Source: Camelus ferus (Eukaryota). From it: a stretch of DNA of 64,000 bases. The notes under the pieces are model-generated. The model had not been told where the DNA came from and searched no databases. It saw only the letters and a list, made by a program, of their open reading frames with translations. Positions 62,845 to 64,000 of this stretch are shown piece after piece. The stretch spans positions 12,340,001 to 12,404,000 of the forward strand of contig NC_045698.1 of assembly GCF_009834535.1 (NCBI RefSeq), given 5' to 3'. A program made the translations under genes and the position numbers. Position 1 is the stretch's first letter; each line of letters opens with the position of its first letter.

Positions 62845-64000
62845 AGGTGTTTATTCATTCATCAACCAATATTTATTAAACATCTATTGTGTGCTGGGCA
62901 GTCTTCTAGGTTCTAAGGAGGTACTCATGATCAAAATAGGCGAAGATCTCTGCCTTCATAGAATTTACATTTTTAGTGCGTGGAGGCATACCACAAACAA
63001 GACAGACAGGGAAAATGTACGGGACGTTAGAAGTAGGGAGGAAAAAATGTTTTCCTCTAGCTTCAGTAAGTGAGGTCTGCGAACTAAACTGACAAGAGAC
63101 AGATAAGCAGGAGAAAAGGAATCCATATTTTATTAATATTTAAAATTTTACATGTATGGGGGCTTCACAGAAAAGCAATGAAAAACCCAAAGATGGGTTA
63201 GACTCAGGGACTTACATACTATTTTAACAAAAGGTGATAAATTGTGGAGAAGTGACTACACAAAGGAAAGGGGTTTGGGGCTTGTAGGGCCAATGAATTC
63301 TGGGAAGTGGAAGTACAGACGTACGTGGGGGAAGCTAAGGTAGCCAGGCTTGTTTACTAAGGTTTGTTCCTGCAGGCTGGTCTTGGTGACATGGCTGGTG
63401 ACTGGGATTTTTCTCCTCTTCCTGGACTGGGAGAGGGGGACCCCGGTGTCTGCTTTTTCTCAGTTGCCTTCAGCTTGGGGTAACCCTTATGCCTGAGTGA
63501 CATATTTTGAGGTAGCATATTCTGATCCCCTTCAGGATAACAGGGTGGGGAAAAGGATGGGATGAGAGATGGTTTGTAATTTTAGATAGAGTGCTCAGGG
63601 AAGATTTGATAGACTGAGCAGGGTAAGATTTGAATCAAGACCTTAAAGAAGAGAGGGGGCCAGCCTTGAGGGTGATGAGGAAGAGCATTCCAGGCAGAGA
63701 GGACAGCGGATGCAAAGGCAGAAGCGGGAGAGGTAGGGGAACTCAAGGAGGCAGAGCAAGTGAGCCAGGAAGATGAGGAGGGAGACAGAGGGGGAAGGAT
63801 GTGGCCGGCATGGACACACACACGTACATGAGGTGGGAGACTGTTGGACAGTTTTGATCAGAGGAGGGTGCGATCTGACTGACATGTGTTAACAAGATCA
63901 CTCTGATTTCAGGGTTGAAAATACATTGCTGGGTGACCCAGCTGGGAGCCTGAAGCCAGTAAGGGGACTTGTGGGTTACCCAGGCAAGAGATGGTGGTGG
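62845..64000 (-). mobile_element. LINE-2 fragment split by an ERV1 LTR
   Basis: ATTCATTCATCAACCAATATTTATTAAACATCTATTGTGTGCTGGGCA tail; resumes ...GAAGAGCATTCCAGGCAGAGAGGACAGC...AAGATCACTCTG. Confidence 0.85.
63032..63534 (-). mobile_element. MER31/MER67-like ERV1 LTR
   Basis: GTAGGGAGGAAAAAATGTTTTCCTCTA start; TGCCTTCAGCT...CATATTTTGAGGTAGCATATTCTGATCCCCTTCA end. Confidence 0.75.

Noticed and set aside
1..64000. CRISPR array, operon or other prokaryotic-type system
   Set aside because: No regularly spaced repeat-spacer array and no gene-dense coding; the sequence is mammalian throughout.

Overview
Mammalian, non-coding, transposon-dominated DNA, almost certainly from a camelid: it has two tRNA-Ala-derived SINEs with the camelid vic-1-type GGGGAGGGTA(T/GT)AGCTCA head, plus cetartiodactyl-type L1 3' ends and ERV1 LTRs. 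I can support no protein-coding gene, functional RNA gene or CRISPR array. The ORF track is chance ORFs plus decayed L1 ORF2 pieces; a short decayed hAT-transposase frame lies outside it. A 100-N gap at 16560-16659 breaks contiguity. The most interesting structure is a ~400-bp imperfect inverted duplication (46961-47363 / 47809-48200) that includes non-repeat sequence and encloses a 445-bp loop holding an exon-like 150-nt segment. Also notable: a tiny L1 insertion with a perfect 13-bp TSD and a double fold-back 5' junction (40823-40966), three solo copies of one ERV1 LTR family within 11 kb, a composite LTR, a cluster of hAT-Tip100 fossils and an old ~245-bp direct duplication. Repeat names come from remembered consensus sequences, not a database search, and many boundaries are approximate. 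I found no convincing new biological system.
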